Source: Pseudomonadota bacterium
GTDB taxonomy: Bacteria > Pseudomonadota > Gammaproteobacteria > Acidiferrobacterales > UBA6901
Reading direction: 5' to 3'
Assembly (NCBI GenBank): GCA_021819085.1
Contig: JAKASJ010000003.1
Location: 35,272-99,271, forward strand
DNA: 64,000 nucleotides
Part shown: in pieces, positions 8,340 through 18,214 of the stretch
Layout of the letters: every line of letters begins with the position of its first letter
How positions within the stretch are numbered: position 1 is the stretch's first letter
Notes under the pieces: model-generated
Told to the model about the DNA's origin: nothing
The model's database searches: none
Seen by the model: the letters and a program-made list of their open reading frames with translations, nothing else
Translations under genes and position numbers: made by a program

Positions 8340-8938
8340 GCATCGATCACTTCGCGTGTCACGGGCCAGGTGCCCCGCGCGCGCATCTGTGCAAGTGCTC
8401 TGGCCCCGTCGCCGTCCGAGACGTCGACGGCGCGCACGGCATCCTCGAGCAGAAAGGTCTCGAACCCCTTGGCCAGGTCGGCGTTGACGGTATTGAGGAC
8501 GCAATAGTCCGTGGCCAGTCCACCGACGAAAACCCGCCGCCCCGAAGCTGCATGCAGCTGTGCGTCAAGATCAGTGCCCGCGAAACCTGAATAGGCATCC
8601 TTTTCCACGGTCGTGTCCCTGGAAACCACCGGTACCGATGCAGGTAATCGCAGACCGGGTGCGAACGCTGCATCCACGGTACCTGCCACGCAACGGGATG
8701 GCCACGGCCCGCCCTGTTCGCGGAAGGAACAGTGGCGCAGCGGGTGCCAGTCGCGGGTAGCGAATACCGGAAGACTCCGAATCGAGAAGGCTGCAACATA
8801 ATGATTGAGCCCTTCGGTGATCTCATCGCCCCCCGGCACTGCCAGGCTGCCTCCGGGGAGAAAATCGTTCCGCACGTCCACGACTGTCAGCGCATCGCCG
8901 ATCCCGATCTTCATCAATGAAGACTTTTCGCCCGCCAT
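8336..8938 (-). CDS. pncA: Nicotinamidase / isochorismatase-family hydrolase
   Basis: Motifs ALTVVDVRNDFLPGGSLAV and the catalytic-Cys context GGLATDYCVLNT. Start is uncertain (ATG 8938, with alternatives at 8965 and 8914). Confidence 0.85.
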   Translation of the reverse strand: MAGEKSSLMKIGIGDALTVVDVRNDFLPGGSLAVPGGDEITEGLNHYVAAFSIRSLPVFATRDWHPLRHCSFREQGGPWPSRCVAGTVDAAFAPGLRLPASVPVVSRDTTVEKDAYSGFAGTDLDAQLHAASGRRVFVGGLATDYCVLNTVNADLAKGFETFLLEDAVRAVDVSDGDGARALAQMRARGTWPVTREVIDA

Positions 8939-8949
8939 GTTCCGGACCC

Positions 8950-10380
8950 TTATCCCTTGATGCATGCCACCGGAACGAGCTTAACTACCTTCCGCGCGAT
9001 GCCGGCGGCGTCCGCGGCATCCACGACCGCCGTGACGTCCTTGTAGGCTTCCGGGGCCTCCTCCGCCACGCCACGCGCAGACAAGCTGCGGATGATGATT
9101 CCTTGCCGTGCAAGGTCGTCGATCACTTGGCGTCCGCGCCACCGGCGGTTTGCCTGGTGGCGGCTCATGGCTCGGCCCGCCCCGTGGCAGGCCGAGCCAA
9201 AGGAAAGCGTCATGCCCTGAGCGGTTCCAGTCATGATGTACGAGGCCGTACCCATGCTCCCGCCGATAAGCACTGGCTGTCCGGCCGCACGCAGTGCCTC
9301 GGGAATCAGCGGGTTACCGGGCCCGAGGGCGCGGGTCGCCCCCTTGCGGTGGACGAACAGCCGGCGACCTATCCCATCGACTACGTGCTGCTCTTCCTTG
9401 CAGGTGTTATGGGAGACATCATACAAGACGCGCAGTCCGGCGCGCGGTAACACCGAGGCGAACGCCTCGCGCGTCAGGTGCGTGATGATCTGCCGGTTGG
9501 CAAGCGCGCAGTTGATTCCAGCGCGCATTGCGCCCAGGTATTCCTGTCCCAGCGGCGAGGATATCGGCGCGCAGGCAAGCTCACGGTCAGGCAGATCAAT
9601 GCCGTATTCGCGGGTCGCCACTGCCATTTTTTTCAGGAATTCGGTGCCGATCTGGTGGCCGAGGCCGCGTGAGCCGCAGTGAATGCTAACCACTATCTCA
9701 TTCTCGTGCAGGCCGAATACGGTGCTCGCCACGGAATCGTATACCTCGGCTACGCGCTGGACTTCCAGGTAGTGGTTGCCGGAGCCCAGCGTACCCATCT
9801 CATCACGCTGGCGCTTTTTGGCGTGGTCGGAAACGGCGTCCGGGACCGCACCGGGCATGCAGCCCTCCTCCTCAATGTACAAGAGGTCTTCGCTGATGCC
9901 ATAGCCTTGCGACACTGCCCAGCGCGCACCGCCGGCGAGCATGGCGTCCATTTCGTCGTGTTCCAGATGTACGCGCCCGGTACTGCCGAGCCCGGCGGGA
10001 ATCCTGAAAAAGAGCACATCCGCGAGATCATTTTTCAATCCTTCAATGTCCGCCAGATCGAGCCCCGTGTGCAGGGTGCGTACCCCACAAGATATATCGA
10101 AACCCACGCCACCGGCCGATACGACTCCACCCTCGTCCGGGTCGAAGGCGGCCACGCCGCCGATGGGAAAGCCGTAACCCCAGTGCGCGTCGGGCATGGC
10201 ATAAGACGCCTTCACAATGCCGGGCAGCATTGCGACATTGGTAACCTGGTCATACACCTTGTTGTCCATGTCGCTGATGAGCTGTCTGCTTGCGAATATC
10301 ACCGCCGGGACCCGCATGTTGCCCCGCGGAGCGATTTCCCACCGGCAGCCCTCGTGTTGGGTAAGCAATGAGAGGTCCAT
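8950..10380 (-). CDS. rtcB: RNA-splicing ligase RtcB (3'-phosphate/5'-hydroxyl RNA ligase)
   Basis: 476 aa with MPDAHWGYGFPIGGV, GGVGFDISCGV, GSGNHYLEVQ, HCGSRGLGHQ and ACHGAGR. SD GGTGA precedes ATG 10380. Confidence 0.95.
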   Translation of the reverse strand: MDLSLLTQHEGCRWEIAPRGNMRVPAVIFASRQLISDMDNKVYDQVTNVAMLPGIVKASYAMPDAHWGYGFPIGGVAAFDPDEGGVVSAGGVGFDISCGVRTLHTGLDLADIEGLKNDLADVLFFRIPAGLGSTGRVHLEHDEMDAMLAGGARWAVSQGYGISEDLLYIEEEGCMPGAVPDAVSDHAKKRQRDEMGTLGSGNHYLEVQRVAEVYDSVASTVFGLHENEIVVSIHCGSRGLGHQIGTEFLKKMAVATREYGIDLPDRELACAPISSPLGQEYLGAMRAGINCALANRQIITHLTREAFASVLPRAGLRVLYDVSHNTCKEEQHVVDGIGRRLFVHRKGATRALGPGNPLIPEALRAAGQPVLIGGSMGTASYIMTGTAQGMTLSFGSACHGAGRAMSRHQANRRWRGRQVIDDLARQGIIIRSLSARGVAEEAPEAYKDVTAVVDAADAAGIARKVVKLVPVACIKG

Positions 10381-10541
10381 GATCTCACCTGCGCTTGCCG
10401 GTACTGAGCGTTGAGCCCCCGGTTGTCGCCTGTCGAAGGTTCCAGGTCCGGCTGGGCTTCAGCCGGTTCCCGAATCGCCGGGTGGACCTGCAATCGCGCA
10501 GCCGGCCGGAAGGTCGCGCCGGTAGATTGGGAAAATCGCGG

Positions 10542-10976
10542 CTACACGTCCACGACGCATTGGGCCACCCATAGCCCGTCGGGGTTCAGTCCTACAGAAA
10601 GGCCGGTGTAAGTAGCGGCTTTGACTTCGACCGCCGGCTGATGGCGTTGGCGATCGATGTGCTCACCGAAAGCGGTGCCGTCAAGACGGTGATCGTCGAC
10701 ATGCACGTTAAATCGACTGAACAGCATGTGGCGCGTTGCCATTTCATACACCAGGGCGTTGAGCCAGTCCACGAGCAAAATCTCGTCGTCAGGCGCCTGG
10801 CAGGCGATAGCTACTGCCTCCCGCACAGCTACCTGCTTCGCGTTCGTGATGACCTGAGTCATGGCCAGCGCCGCCTGTTCGAAGGCTTCATTCTTCGAAC
10901 GCCCGATGCCCCGTATTCCGATGTCCGCTCCGTGCGGGAAATGTTCCCAACGGGCTTCCGTATGCCCTTGTTCCAT
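10542..10976 (-). CDS. Archease (RtcB activator family)
   Basis: 144 aa from ATG 10976. Contains [14 protein letters not shown] and ends in the archease-like C-terminus [11 protein letters not shown]. Located directly upstream of rtcB. Confidence 0.8.
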   Translation of the reverse strand: MEQGHTEARWEHFPHGADIGIRGIGRSKNEAFEQAALAMTQVITNAKQVAVREAVAIACQAPDDEILLVDWLNALVYEMATRHMLFSRFNVHVDDHRLDGTAFGEHIDRQRHQPAVEVKAATYTGLSVGLNPDGLWVAQCVVDV

Positions 10977-11358
10977 GGATCCATCTTGCGCCCGCAGGCG
11001 TAACCGATCAAGGCGGAAAGCGGCAATATCCGCGTCCGTATGCATATGGCGCAAAAACCACGAATCCGATCCCCGCCGCCGGCGGTCCCCGGCCAGCCGA
11101 CACCCTGCGGTTTTCCAGCAGGCGTGGAAAACGAAGCCTCTCGCCGGGCCGGCTGCCTGGAAGGGGAAGGGTTACAGTCGCATACAGGCCGGGCTGGCAA
11201 GGTTTGGACTCGTTCCGGCTCGATGCACGTATTCAGACGGAGAAAGGGACGGTCCGGAGGCAAAGGTGTTCCCTCGACTTCCGACAGAATCGGCCTGTCT
11301 TGGAAGTGCAGGGCTGTGCGGCAGGTGGCGCGGTCTCCTACTGTTGCGCGGGATACGT

Positions 11359-13491
11359 TCAGGTAGTGAGCCGACGATAGATTTCCGAGACTTTCAGCGG
11401 TAGCCTGCGCACGTCGTCGATAAGCGTCCAGTTCACGGCGCCATACATGTGCGGAAGGTAGTCTCTCGCCTCCGTGTCTATGGTGACGCAGAATGGGTGA
11501 ATCCCGTCACGCTTTGCCTCGATCAGTGCCTGACGCGTGTCCTCGATTCCGTAGTCGCCGCGATAGCCATCGTAGTCATCGGGTTTACCGTCCGACAGCG
11601 TGATCAGAAGCTTGGTGCGTGCCTCTACCTCGTTCAATAATCGGGTCAGGTGGCGGATGGTAACGCCCATGCGCGTGTAGTCTTCCGGCTTGATTCCCGC
11701 GATGCGTGCCCGTACGAGATCCGAATACGGTTCATCAAAGCGTTTGACGCGATAGAGTTCGCAGCGCTTCCGGGTGATGCCGGAAAATCCGTATATGGCA
11801 TAGCGGTCGCCCAGCACCTCGAGCGCCTCGCACAGCAGCACAAGTGCCTCACGTTCGGCGTCGTTGATCCACCCTTTGGTGGAACCGCTCATGTCGACCA
11901 TGAACATAACGGCGATATTGCGTTCCTGCTTGTGCAGTTTGGTGAGCACGCGCTCGCTCATCTCCATGCCGTGACGCATATCCGCATAGGCTTCGACCAA
12001 TGCGTCGAAATCGATATTGTCCCCGTTTTTCTGCCTCTTAAGGAGCTTTTCCTCGCCCCGGAGCGCTTCAAAGGACTTGCGCAAACTGGCGATGGGCGCG
12101 GCGTATTTCTGCCGGGTGCGGGCGACGAAGTCGTCGTCAAGCGGATGGACATCGATCTCCCGCAGAACGCACCAGTGCTTGCGATAATGTTGGCGCCGGT
12201 AGTCCCACTCGTTGTAGAGAAAGGCCCCTTCCTCGTGATAAGTCCCTTTCCAGACGTCATCGGGATTCTTTTCCTCGCCGTCACGCCGATAACTGCCATC
12301 TCCTGCCGCGACCAGGTAATCGTCGGGGATATCGCCGAGGTCCTGAACAATGGAGTCCATCATTGCCTTGACGTCCTGCGGCGGAGTCACAGGCTGACCG
12401 TCGATGGTGAGTTCATAGCGCCATTTTCCAGGTTGATCTGGGTCGGGTGTGCGCTCCACGCGGAACCGTTCGGTGTCATCTTTCGGGTCGCCTTCGAGTC
12501 CGGCGAGTTCCGTGCGCCGGCCCTTGTCATCGAGCAGGCGTGCCAGCGCGGCATGGAACTGATCCTTCTCGCGTGACAGGCGCTGGGCCATGACCTGTTC
12601 GGCGCGACCCGCCTGGAGTGTTCCCTGGTAACATATAGAAGGCGGCAGAACGTCGCCGTACAGGGCGTTCAGGGCGTCGATGGTCGTTTGAACCGAAGCT
12701 TGCGGTGCGCGTAGCGCGCACAACTGTTTCTGCCATGTATCGGGATAGGCGGTTTCATCGAGATCTTCCCGCAGCCGCTGCATGTCCCGATGCAGCCCCG
12801 GCAGATCGGCCGCAAGGCGCGCGTCCAGGCGCACGGTCTCGAGCGCATGAAAAATCTGCTTCGCTCTGTCCTGGTCTGGAAAGCCTGCGAACAGCCCGCA
12901 CAGATCTGACCGGAAGGTTCCATACCAGGTTTGTGCCCACAGATGAGCGGCCATCGCCTTGTACAGGCGAAAATTCTCATCCTTGTTAGGCATGCGGGCC
13001 AGGCTGGACGGAAGAAACAGGGTGCTGGTGTCGGTATAGACCTCTTCGCCCGGCTCGAGTTTGAGCGGTCGTCCGGACAATCCGCGCACAAAGATTTCCA
13101 GGATTCCCGATACATCGTCGAACGACATGCCGCTGACCCGGGTACGTACCCGTGCCGCATAGGCCTCTCCCTCGTGAAATACGGCGCTGGCCGGGTAAAG
13201 ACCCATTCTGTCATAAGTATCCATGGCCTGGATGATCCATGATTCGATGTCATCCGGGTCCATCAGGCGCAGACCCTCGGGCGCCTGTGCAGCAAACTGA
13301 TAGGCAAGCTCGGCGTTGGTCTTGGCGATGATCCCGATCCAACGCAGCACGAATTCCTGCTGGCTGCGGCTGAATTCCGCGAGCATTGCCGCCAGGCCCG
13401 TGGCGGTGCGACGTGATGACAACACCGGATCGAGATACTCGTCGAGTTTTTCCTCGAGCTCGATCGCGGAGAGCGGTGGGGACAGGGTCAT
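11359..13491 (-). CDS. VWA-domain activase partner of the CbbO/NorD family
   Basis: 710 aa with a C-terminal von Willebrand A domain and MIDAS motif (VMFMVDMSGSTKGW). Lies immediately downstream of the CbbQ/NorQ ATPase. Confidence 0.85.
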   Translation of the reverse strand: MTLSPPLSAIELEEKLDEYLDPVLSSRRTATGLAAMLAEFSRSQQEFVLRWIGIIAKTNAELAYQFAAQAPEGLRLMDPDDIESWIIQAMDTYDRMGLYPASAVFHEGEAYAARVRTRVSGMSFDDVSGILEIFVRGLSGRPLKLEPGEEVYTDTSTLFLPSSLARMPNKDENFRLYKAMAAHLWAQTWYGTFRSDLCGLFAGFPDQDRAKQIFHALETVRLDARLAADLPGLHRDMQRLREDLDETAYPDTWQKQLCALRAPQASVQTTIDALNALYGDVLPPSICYQGTLQAGRAEQVMAQRLSREKDQFHAALARLLDDKGRRTELAGLEGDPKDDTERFRVERTPDPDQPGKWRYELTIDGQPVTPPQDVKAMMDSIVQDLGDIPDDYLVAAGDGSYRRDGEEKNPDDVWKGTYHEEGAFLYNEWDYRRQHYRKHWCVLREIDVHPLDDDFVARTRQKYAAPIASLRKSFEALRGEEKLLKRQKNGDNIDFDALVEAYADMRHGMEMSERVLTKLHKQERNIAVMFMVDMSGSTKGWINDAEREALVLLCEALEVLGDRYAIYGFSGITRKRCELYRVKRFDEPYSDLVRARIAGIKPEDYTRMGVTIRHLTRLLNEVEARTKLLITLSDGKPDDYDGYRGDYGIEDTRQALIEAKRDGIHPFCVTIDTEARDYLPHMYGAVNWTLIDDVRRLPLKVSEIYRRLTT

Positions 13492-13532
13492 TTTGGCTGG
13501 GCGTGATGTCGGGGCTTTCTGGCCGACCCCGA

Positions 13533-14345
13533 TTAGAACAGCGATGCGCTCAGCTCGTTGATAGCCGCGAGCATCTCGGCGTCATCGGTGAGCGTCTCGG
13601 AAATTGCGCCGCGACAGGCGCGGCGCGGTTCGATTCCGGTTACCATCAGCTTGGCGGCATGCACCAGCAGACGGGTGCTGGCCCCTTCGTCCAGGCCATT
13701 GCCTTTGAGGTTGCGCGTCATGCCGGCGAACTTCACCAGCTTTTCCGCGATCTCCGGACCGATGCCGGATTCGTGCACGATGATGCGCTGCTCCAGGTCC
13801 GAGGTGGGGTAACCGAATTCTATTCCGATGAAGCGCTGGCGGGTGCTCTGTTTCAGATCCTTGAGGATGCTTTGGTATCCAGGGTTGTAGGAGATGGCGA
13901 GACAGAATTCCGGAGTTGCCTCAAGCAGTTCGCCGGTCTTTTCCACTGGCAGAATGCGACGATCATCCGCCAGTGGATGGATCACGACAGTGGTGTCCTT
14001 GCGTGCCTCGACGATTTCATCCAGATAGCAGATTGCGCCTATTCGGACAGCGCGTGCCAGCGGGCCATCTACCCACGCGGTTTCGGCCGCGGTGATGAGG
14101 TAGCGGCCGATCAGATCCGAAGCGGTAAGGTCGTCGTGGCAGGAAACCGTGACAAGCGGTCGGCTGAGGCGCCATGCCATATGCTCCATGAAGCGCGTTT
14201 TGCCACACCCCGTGGGACCCTTCAGCAACACCGGAATCTGGTTGCGATACGCCGCTTCGAACAAGGCAATTTCGTCGCCCTGCGGTTCATAGTAGGGTTC
14301 TTTCTTGACCAGGTATTCCTTGATGCTCACTGCGTGTGCGTCCAC
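13533..14345 (-). CDS. MoxR-type AAA+ ATPase of the CbbQ/NirQ/NorQ family
   Basis: 270 aa with KEPYYEPQGDEIALFEAAY, Walker A GPTGCGKT and Walker B ICYLDEIVEA. Confidence 0.9.
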   Translation of the reverse strand: MDAHAVSIKEYLVKKEPYYEPQGDEIALFEAAYRNQIPVLLKGPTGCGKTRFMEHMAWRLSRPLVTVSCHDDLTASDLIGRYLITAAETAWVDGPLARAVRIGAICYLDEIVEARKDTTVVIHPLADDRRILPVEKTGELLEATPEFCLAISYNPGYQSILKDLKQSTRQRFIGIEFGYPTSDLEQRIIVHESGIGPEIAEKLVKFAGMTRNLKGNGLDEGASTRLLVHAAKLMVTGIEPRRACRGAISETLTDDAEMLAAINELSASLF

Positions 14346-14690
14346 GATTTCCCCTAGAATTAGAGCAGGTATTGCGCCGCGTTTGCGAGGTATTCCAACA
14401 TTCGGCGTATTGCGCGTCGGAGCCAGTATGCCAAAAAACTGAGCGCATGAAAAAAACGATTGACGCCCCTCTGCCGCTTCTCGGAGAATAGTGCGATTTT
14501 GCCGCTGTGTCCGGCCAATGATTGATATAGTCAGTCTATCCGGGCATACAAAACTTGAATCCGATAATGGGCATCAGACGGTAGCGTCGAGCGGGACAGC
14601 ACAGTATGTTTAGCCTCCCAATTCAATGCTGGTTCTTTTCAGCGTCTTGCCCAGGTTCCCTGAAGATCCGAAGGTGATGGAGGTTAGTCA

Positions 14691-15977
14691 ATGTCCGGTG
14701 CAGTCGCGACAAACGAGACCATCCTGGTCGTAGGCGGGGGCATCAGCGGAATGACCGCCGCCCTCGAAGCCGCTGAATGCGGCAAGGACGTTGTGCTGGT
14801 GGAGAAAAATCCGTCGCTGGGCGGACGCGTCAGCCAGCTCTACAAGTACTTTCCGAAGCTGTGTCACCCGACCTGCGGTATGGAGATCAATCTCCGGCGC
14901 ATCAAGGCGAACAAGCATCTGCGCGTGCTGACCTTGGCCCAAGTCGAAAAAGTCGAGGGCCGTGCCGGCGACTACACCGTGACCATCCGGCTCAGTCCGC
15001 GCTATGTGAACGAAAACTGCACGGCCTGTGGCGCGTGTGCCGATGCGGTCAGCACCGAGATCGACAACCCCTTCAATTACAAACTCAACAAGATGAAGGC
15101 GGCGTATCTTCCTTTTGGTATGGCCTACCCGCAGCGCTATGTGATCGACTCCAGCATCATCGGCACGCCCGATGCGGAAAAGGCTAAGGCCGCATGCAGA
15201 TACGACGCCATTGATTTGGGCATGAAGGAGCAGACGATGACGCTCAAGGCCGGCGCCATCATATGGGCCACGGGCTGGCGGCCTTACGATGCCGCGAAGA
15301 TCCAGCCGTACGGCTACGACCGTTATGACAACGTCATTACCAGCGTCGAGTTCGAACGCATGATGGATCCCTTCGGACCAACATCCGGCAAGCTGCTGCG
15401 ACCGTCCGATGGCAAGGAAGCGAAGAATGTGGCTTTCATCCAGTGCGCCGGCTCGCGCGATCGCAATCATCTCAAGCACTGTTCGCGCATTTGCTGCATG
15501 GCTTCACTCAAACAGTCCACTTATGTGAACGAGCAGTTCGGCGATCAGGCACAGTCGACGATCTATTACATCGATATCCGTGCCATCGACCGCCTTGAGG
15601 ACTTCTACCAGAAGGTCCGGGCCAATCCGACGGTTAAGTTTGTCAAGTCGAAAGTGGCGAACATCACTGAAGACCGTGAGAGCAGCGACGTAATACTGCA
15701 CGGTGTGGATACCGAGGGATATCACCGTTACGACAACCGCCACGATCTGTGTGTTCTGGCGATCGGCATGGAGCCGAGCATCGACGCGCGCAGCATTCCC
15801 GGCGGTGTACATGCCGATGCGAGCGGTTTTCTCGAGGCCGATGCGGCTAACGGAGCCATTTTCGGAGCTGGCTGCGCCACCAATGCGCTGGACGTGAACC
15901 GCGCGGTTCAGAGTGCCACGGCTGCATCGCTGCGGGCCATTCAGGTGATCAATAAGGTATCGGGGGCGGAGGTTTAG
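14691..15977 (+). CDS. qmoA: QmoA, HdrA-like flavoprotein of the quinone-interacting/APS-reductase-associated complex
   Basis: 428 aa with the FAD fold ILVVGGGISGMTAALEAAE and HdrA-type motifs (AFIQCAGSRD..HCSRICC). GGAGG lies 8 nt before the ATG. Confidence 0.85.
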   Translation: MSGAVATNETILVVGGGISGMTAALEAAECGKDVVLVEKNPSLGGRVSQLYKYFPKLCHPTCGMEINLRRIKANKHLRVLTLAQVEKVEGRAGDYTVTIRLSPRYVNENCTACGACADAVSTEIDNPFNYKLNKMKAAYLPFGMAYPQRYVIDSSIIGTPDAEKAKAACRYDAIDLGMKEQTMTLKAGAIIWATGWRPYDAAKIQPYGYDRYDNVITSVEFERMMDPFGPTSGKLLRPSDGKEAKNVAFIQCAGSRDRNHLKHCSRICCMASLKQSTYVNEQFGDQAQSTIYYIDIRAIDRLEDFYQKVRANPTVKFVKSKVANITEDRESSDVILHGVDTEGYHRYDNRHDLCVLAIGMEPSIDARSIPGGVHADASGFLEADAANGAIFGAGCATNALDVNRAVQSATAASLRAIQVINKVSGAEV

Positions 15978-15979
15978 AC

Positions 15980-18205
15980 ATGGCAGACATCAAGATTGGT
16001 GCCTACGTGTGCAAGGGGTGCGGTTTGGGTGAACGCCTGAACACGGCACAGCTCATGACCGTGGCCCAGCGCGAGGGCAAGGCCCAGGTGGTACGCGAAC
16101 ATGAATTCCTGTGCAACAGCGCAGGGGTCTCCATGATCAAGCAGGACATCGAAAAGGAAGGGGTCAACCATGTGGTTATTGCCGCCTGCTCGCGGCGTGC
16201 CAAGACGGATGCCTTCGGATTCGACAACGTCGCGGTCTCCCGTGCCAACCTGCGCGAAGGCGTGATCTGGGTGCAACCCGATACTGATGAGGCAAAGGAG
16301 ATCACCCAGGAGATGGCGGCCGACTATGTTCGCATGGGCTGCGCCGAGGTCGCGAAGATGCAGATCCCGCAGATCAACCCAAGCCACGGTAACAACAAGC
16401 GCATTCTGATTGTGGGCGGCGGCATCAGCGGCATGACCTCGGCGATCGAGGCAGCCAAGGCTGGTTACGAGGTGTTGCTGGTCGAGAAGACCGGGGAACT
16501 CGGAGGCTGGGTGGCAAAGCTGTACCGGCGCATCCCGTCGCACGAACCCTACTCCGACCCGATGGAAACCGGCGTGCCGGCGCTGGTCAGGCAGATCGAG
16601 GCAGACAAGCGAATCACGGTGTACCTGAATTCCACGATCAGCCGCACGAGCGGCGCACCCGGTCAGTTCAGTGTCGACATCTCCAAGGAATCGGGTGGAA
16701 CTAGCACCGAAAACGTCGGCGCCGTCATCATGGCGAGCGGCTTCGAGCCTTATGATCTCAAGAAGCTGCCAGAGCTCGGCGGCGGAAAGAGTCCGGATGT
16801 CGTAGATCAGGCAGGACTCGAGCAGCTTGCACGTGCGGCCAATGGCGCGGCCATCAAGCGTCCGTCCGATGGAAAGGAAATAAAGAGCGTGGTGTTCGTG
16901 CAATGTGCCGGCCAGCGCGACGAAAGTGGCAAGCATCTGGCGTACTGTTCCGGCCATTGCTGCAATACCAGCATTAAGCAGGCCATGTACTTCAAGGATT
17001 CAAACCCGAACGTGGACACGGTCGTGGTCTATACGGATCTGCGTACGCCGGGAAATGGTGAGGACTTCTACCGCAGTGCCCAGCGCAAGGGTGTGATTTT
17101 CACCAAGGGCACAGTGAGCGAAGTCGTCCCGGGCGCCGAGCTGCAGGTGAAGTTCAAGGACCTCATCCTGAATGACGACGCTGTCGCCAAGGCCGATCTC
17201 GTCGTCCTTGCCACCGGCATGGTCGCTAACTCCGGGGTCGACATTGATACCGCCGGCGGAGCGCCCAACGTCGAAGGGAAGACGGAGGGTGGCGAGTCTA
17301 AGGTGGTATCGATTCTCAATCTGACCTACCGCCAGGGCAAGGATCTGCCCTTGCTCAAGCACGGTTTCAACGACTCGCATTTCATCTGTTTTCCGTATGA
17401 AACCCGTCGTACCGGAATCTATTCCTGCGGACCGGTGCGTCGCCCGATGGACGCCCAGCAGGCGATCGAAGATGCGACCGGCGCCGCGCTCAAAGCGATT
17501 CAGGCGGCGGAAAATGCGGCCCTTGGCCGTGCGGCCCATCCGCGCTCCGGCGATCTCAGCTTTCCCACGTTCCGGCGCGAGGGCTGCACCCAGTGCAAGC
17601 GCTGCACGGTGGAGTGTCCGTTCGGCGCAATCGACGAGGATGAACAGCGCTACCCGCAGTTCAACGAATCACGCTGTCGCCGCTGCGGTACCTGCATGGG
17701 AGCTTGCCCGGTGCGTGTCATTTCGTTCGAAAACTATTCTGTCGATACCGTGGGCTACCAGATCAAGTCGGTGGATATCCCAGACCAGTTTTCGGAGAAG
17801 CCGCGCATCCTGGTGCTGGCCTGCGAGAACGATGCGTATCCGGCGCTCGATATGGCTGCGATGAACAAGATCCAGTACAGCGCATTCGCGCGCATCGTTC
17901 CGGTCCGCTGTCTGGGTAGCGTCAACACCATCTGGATCAACGACGCATTGACCAGCGGCTATGACGGCGTCGTGCTTATGGGCTGCCAGAAAGGAGATAA
18001 CTATCAGTGCCACTTCGTGAAGGGCTCAGAAATGGCCTATTACCGCATGAGCAAGATCGATGACACCCTGAAGGGAATGTCACTCGAAGTCGAGCGCGTG
18101 CGGACCTGCGAGGTTGCGATTACCGATATTCAGCGGGCACCGAAGATCATCAATGAAATGGCTGAAACGATCCAGAAGATCGGCCTGAGCCCCATGAAGT
18201 TCTAG
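15980..18205 (+). CDS. qmoB: QmoB, HdrA-like flavo-FeS protein with a C-terminal MvhD-like domain
   Basis: 741 aa with ILIVGGGISGMTSAIEAAK, ferredoxin motifs (CTQCKRCTVECP, CRRCGTCMGACP) and an MvhD/FlpD-type tail (ILVLACENDAYP..VPVRCLGS). Starts 2 nt after the qmoA stop. Confidence 0.85.
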   Translation: MADIKIGAYVCKGCGLGERLNTAQLMTVAQREGKAQVVREHEFLCNSAGVSMIKQDIEKEGVNHVVIAACSRRAKTDAFGFDNVAVSRANLREGVIWVQPDTDEAKEITQEMAADYVRMGCAEVAKMQIPQINPSHGNNKRILIVGGGISGMTSAIEAAKAGYEVLLVEKTGELGGWVAKLYRRIPSHEPYSDPMETGVPALVRQIEADKRITVYLNSTISRTSGAPGQFSVDISKESGGTSTENVGAVIMASGFEPYDLKKLPELGGGKSPDVVDQAGLEQLARAANGAAIKRPSDGKEIKSVVFVQCAGQRDESGKHLAYCSGHCCNTSIKQAMYFKDSNPNVDTVVVYTDLRTPGNGEDFYRSAQRKGVIFTKGTVSEVVPGAELQVKFKDLILNDDAVAKADLVVLATGMVANSGVDIDTAGGAPNVEGKTEGGESKVVSILNLTYRQGKDLPLLKHGFNDSHFICFPYETRRTGIYSCGPVRRPMDAQQAIEDATGAALKAIQAAENAALGRAAHPRSGDLSFPTFRREGCTQCKRCTVECPFGAIDEDEQRYPQFNESRCRRCGTCMGACPVRVISFENYSVDTVGYQIKSVDIPDQFSEKPRILVLACENDAYPALDMAAMNKIQYSAFARIVPVRCLGSVNTIWINDALTSGYDGVVLMGCQKGDNYQCHFVKGSEMAYYRMSKIDDTLKGMSLEVERVRTCEVAITDIQRAPKIINEMAETIQKIGLSPMKF

Positions 18206-18214
18206 GAGCTGACC

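Noticed and set aside
14522-14535. TTGATatagTCAGT in the cbbQ/qmoA divergent region, as a possible FNR box
   Set aside because: Only the left half-site matches TTGAT-N4-ATCAA. The right half is 1-2 of 5.
14688-16957. Long minus-strand ORFs (263 aa and 327 aa) opposite qmoA and qmoB
   Set aside because: They are Arg/His/Gly-rich shadow frames of strongly supported + strand genes, with no SD and no recognisable domains.
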